From: an uncultured archaeon
GTDB taxonomy: Archaea; Asgardarchaeota; Lokiarchaeia; Sigyniarchaeales; Promethearchaeaceae
Length of the DNA stretch: 8,148 nt
Direction: 5' to 3'
NCBI GenBank assembly: GCA_964426185.1
Contig: CAYRPF010000025.1
Coordinates: forward strand, 1-8,148
The translations under genes were made by a program, and so were the position numbers. The notes beneath the pieces were generated by a model. It was not told the DNA's origin. It worked only from the letters and a program-made list of their open reading frames with translations, and searched no databases. Each line of letters starts with the position of its first letter. Position 1 is the stretch's first letter. Of this stretch, positions 7,130 to 8,148 are shown one piece after another.

Positions 7130-7152
7130 AGCGAATTCATCGCCATCGCTTT
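7128..7152. terminator. Weak hairpin between convergent genes
   Basis: AAGCGA (7129-7134) pairs with TCGCTT (7146-7151) around an 11-nt loop, and sits in the 38-bp gap between convergent stops. Confidence 0.25.
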
Positions 7153-7167
7153 CCAAATTCATTCCAT

Positions 7168-8073
7168 TCAGGGAATAATTTCTGGTCGCGGTTTTCGATA
7201 ATTAAATAAAATTGAACTTAAAACACCGATAAAGATTAGCATAGCGCCCCAATAAAAATTCACGCTGATAATTTCTTGCAGTAACAACACACCAAAAAGG
7301 GCTGCAAAAATCGGTTCAAACGAAATAATGATCGCAGTTGAAACAGAAGGAATCTGTTTTTGACCCCAAAATTGAGCAAGAAATGGAATGATGGTGGCAA
7401 AAATACCCAAATAAATCATCCAACTCCATTGGTTAAACGAAGGTTCATTTAAAGAAACCCATTCTCCAGTAATTAGGAGGGTGATCAACATTAATATGTT
7501 TACCCAAGCAAATTGAGCAAGAGTAATAAGCATGGTATCGAATTTTTGGGTAAATTTTTCAAATAAAACAATTTGGAGGGCGATTACGAGAGCTCCGATA
7601 AAATTTAAAAATTCACCTATTCCAAAGACAAAAAAATGCCCAGAAAAATCATAAAACATTACGAAATATCCGATAACAACTAAGAATACGGATAATAGAA
7701 GAGATTTTTTTGGAATCGTTTTAAGAATTAACCAAGCAAAGAAGGGTGTGATAATAACAAAAGATACAGTCACAAAACCGGCAGTTCCTGCCGAAATAGT
7801 TTGCAAAGAAAAAGATTGAGCAAGTAATCCAATAAAAAATACAAACGCGAGCAAAAAGGAAGGGAGTATATAGTGACGAGAAAAATCTCTAATTTTTCGA
7901 TTAAATATCAAAAATGGGAATAAAACAATGAAAGCAATAAACATTCTAATCCAACATAACCAAAAAACAGGAAAATCTTGTAGTAAAATCTTAAAAACGC
8001 TATAAAAAGTCCCATAAGAGATTGGTACACTTAAAATTGCCAAATAAGAGAGAAAAATCGTTTTTTTTGTCAT
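7168..8073 (-). CDS. EamA/DMT family (drug/metabolite) transporter, 301 aa
   Basis: About 10 TM segments in two repeats. Motifs IRMFIA, SLQTISAGTAGFVT..PFFAWLILK, and STAIIISFEPIFAALFGVLLLQE. Confidence 0.93.
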   Translation of the reverse strand: MTKKTIFLSYLAILSVPISYGTFYSVFKILLQDFPVFWLCWIRMFIAFIVLFPFLIFNRKIRDFSRHYILPSFLLAFVFFIGLLAQSFSLQTISAGTAGFVTVSFVIITPFFAWLILKTIPKKSLLLSVFLVVIGYFVMFYDFSGHFFVFGIGEFLNFIGALVIALQIVLFEKFTQKFDTMLITLAQFAWVNILMLITLLITGEWVSLNEPSFNQWSWMIYLGIFATIIPFLAQFWGQKQIPSVSTAIIISFEPIFAALFGVLLLQEIISVNFYWGAMLIFIGVLSSILFNYRKPRPEIIP

Positions 8074-8094
8074 ATACGATAACTTCCCGAATCA

Positions 8095-8148
8095 AATTCT
8101 TTATCAATTTATTGATTGGCGAATTCTTTATCAATTTATTGATTGGCG
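8095..8148. repeat. Exact 27-bp tandem repeat, 2 copies visible, running to the window edge; unit AATTCTTTATCAATTTATTGATTGGCG
   Basis: 8095-8121 is identical to 8122-8148. Each unit contains the palindrome ATCAAT-TT-ATTGAT. Confidence 0.95.

Noticed and set aside
7131-8126. GCGAATTC on both sides of the EamA gene as a target-site duplication
   Set aside because: The right copy (8119-8126) is created by the tandem-repeat junction, and there is no transposase or terminal inverted repeat.
8095-8148. CRISPR repeat (27 bp, palindromic)
   Set aside because: The copies are directly adjacent with no spacer.

Overview
AT-rich window, inferred to be archaeal and possibly Asgard/Lokiarchaeia-like. The inference rests on a TATA box about 26 nt before a leaderless ATG, an oligo-T tract right after a stop codon, and a giant FtsX-type permease rich in N-glycosylation sequons. 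It holds six intact genes: a PIN-domain nuclease-like gene (+); a type VII (MacB/LolD-FtsX) ABC system on the - strand (1108-aa duplicated permease plus an ATPase with an unusual C-terminal CxxC-x30-CxxC tail); a divergent, translationally coupled ABC-2 ATPase/permease pair (+); and an EamA/DMT transporter (-). The non-coding oddities are a compound tandem repeat (5x12 bp plus 3x15 bp) between the permease and its ATPase, a palindrome flanked by direct repeats in the divergent promoter, and an exact 27-bp palindromic tandem duplication at the window end. Two reading frames stay open across the compound repeat and both end at the ATPase start. No CRISPR array, RNA gene or mobile element is supported. 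The best candidates for novelty are the Zn-ribbon-tailed type VII ATPase and the repeat-encoded bridge between permease and ATPase; both are hypotheses.
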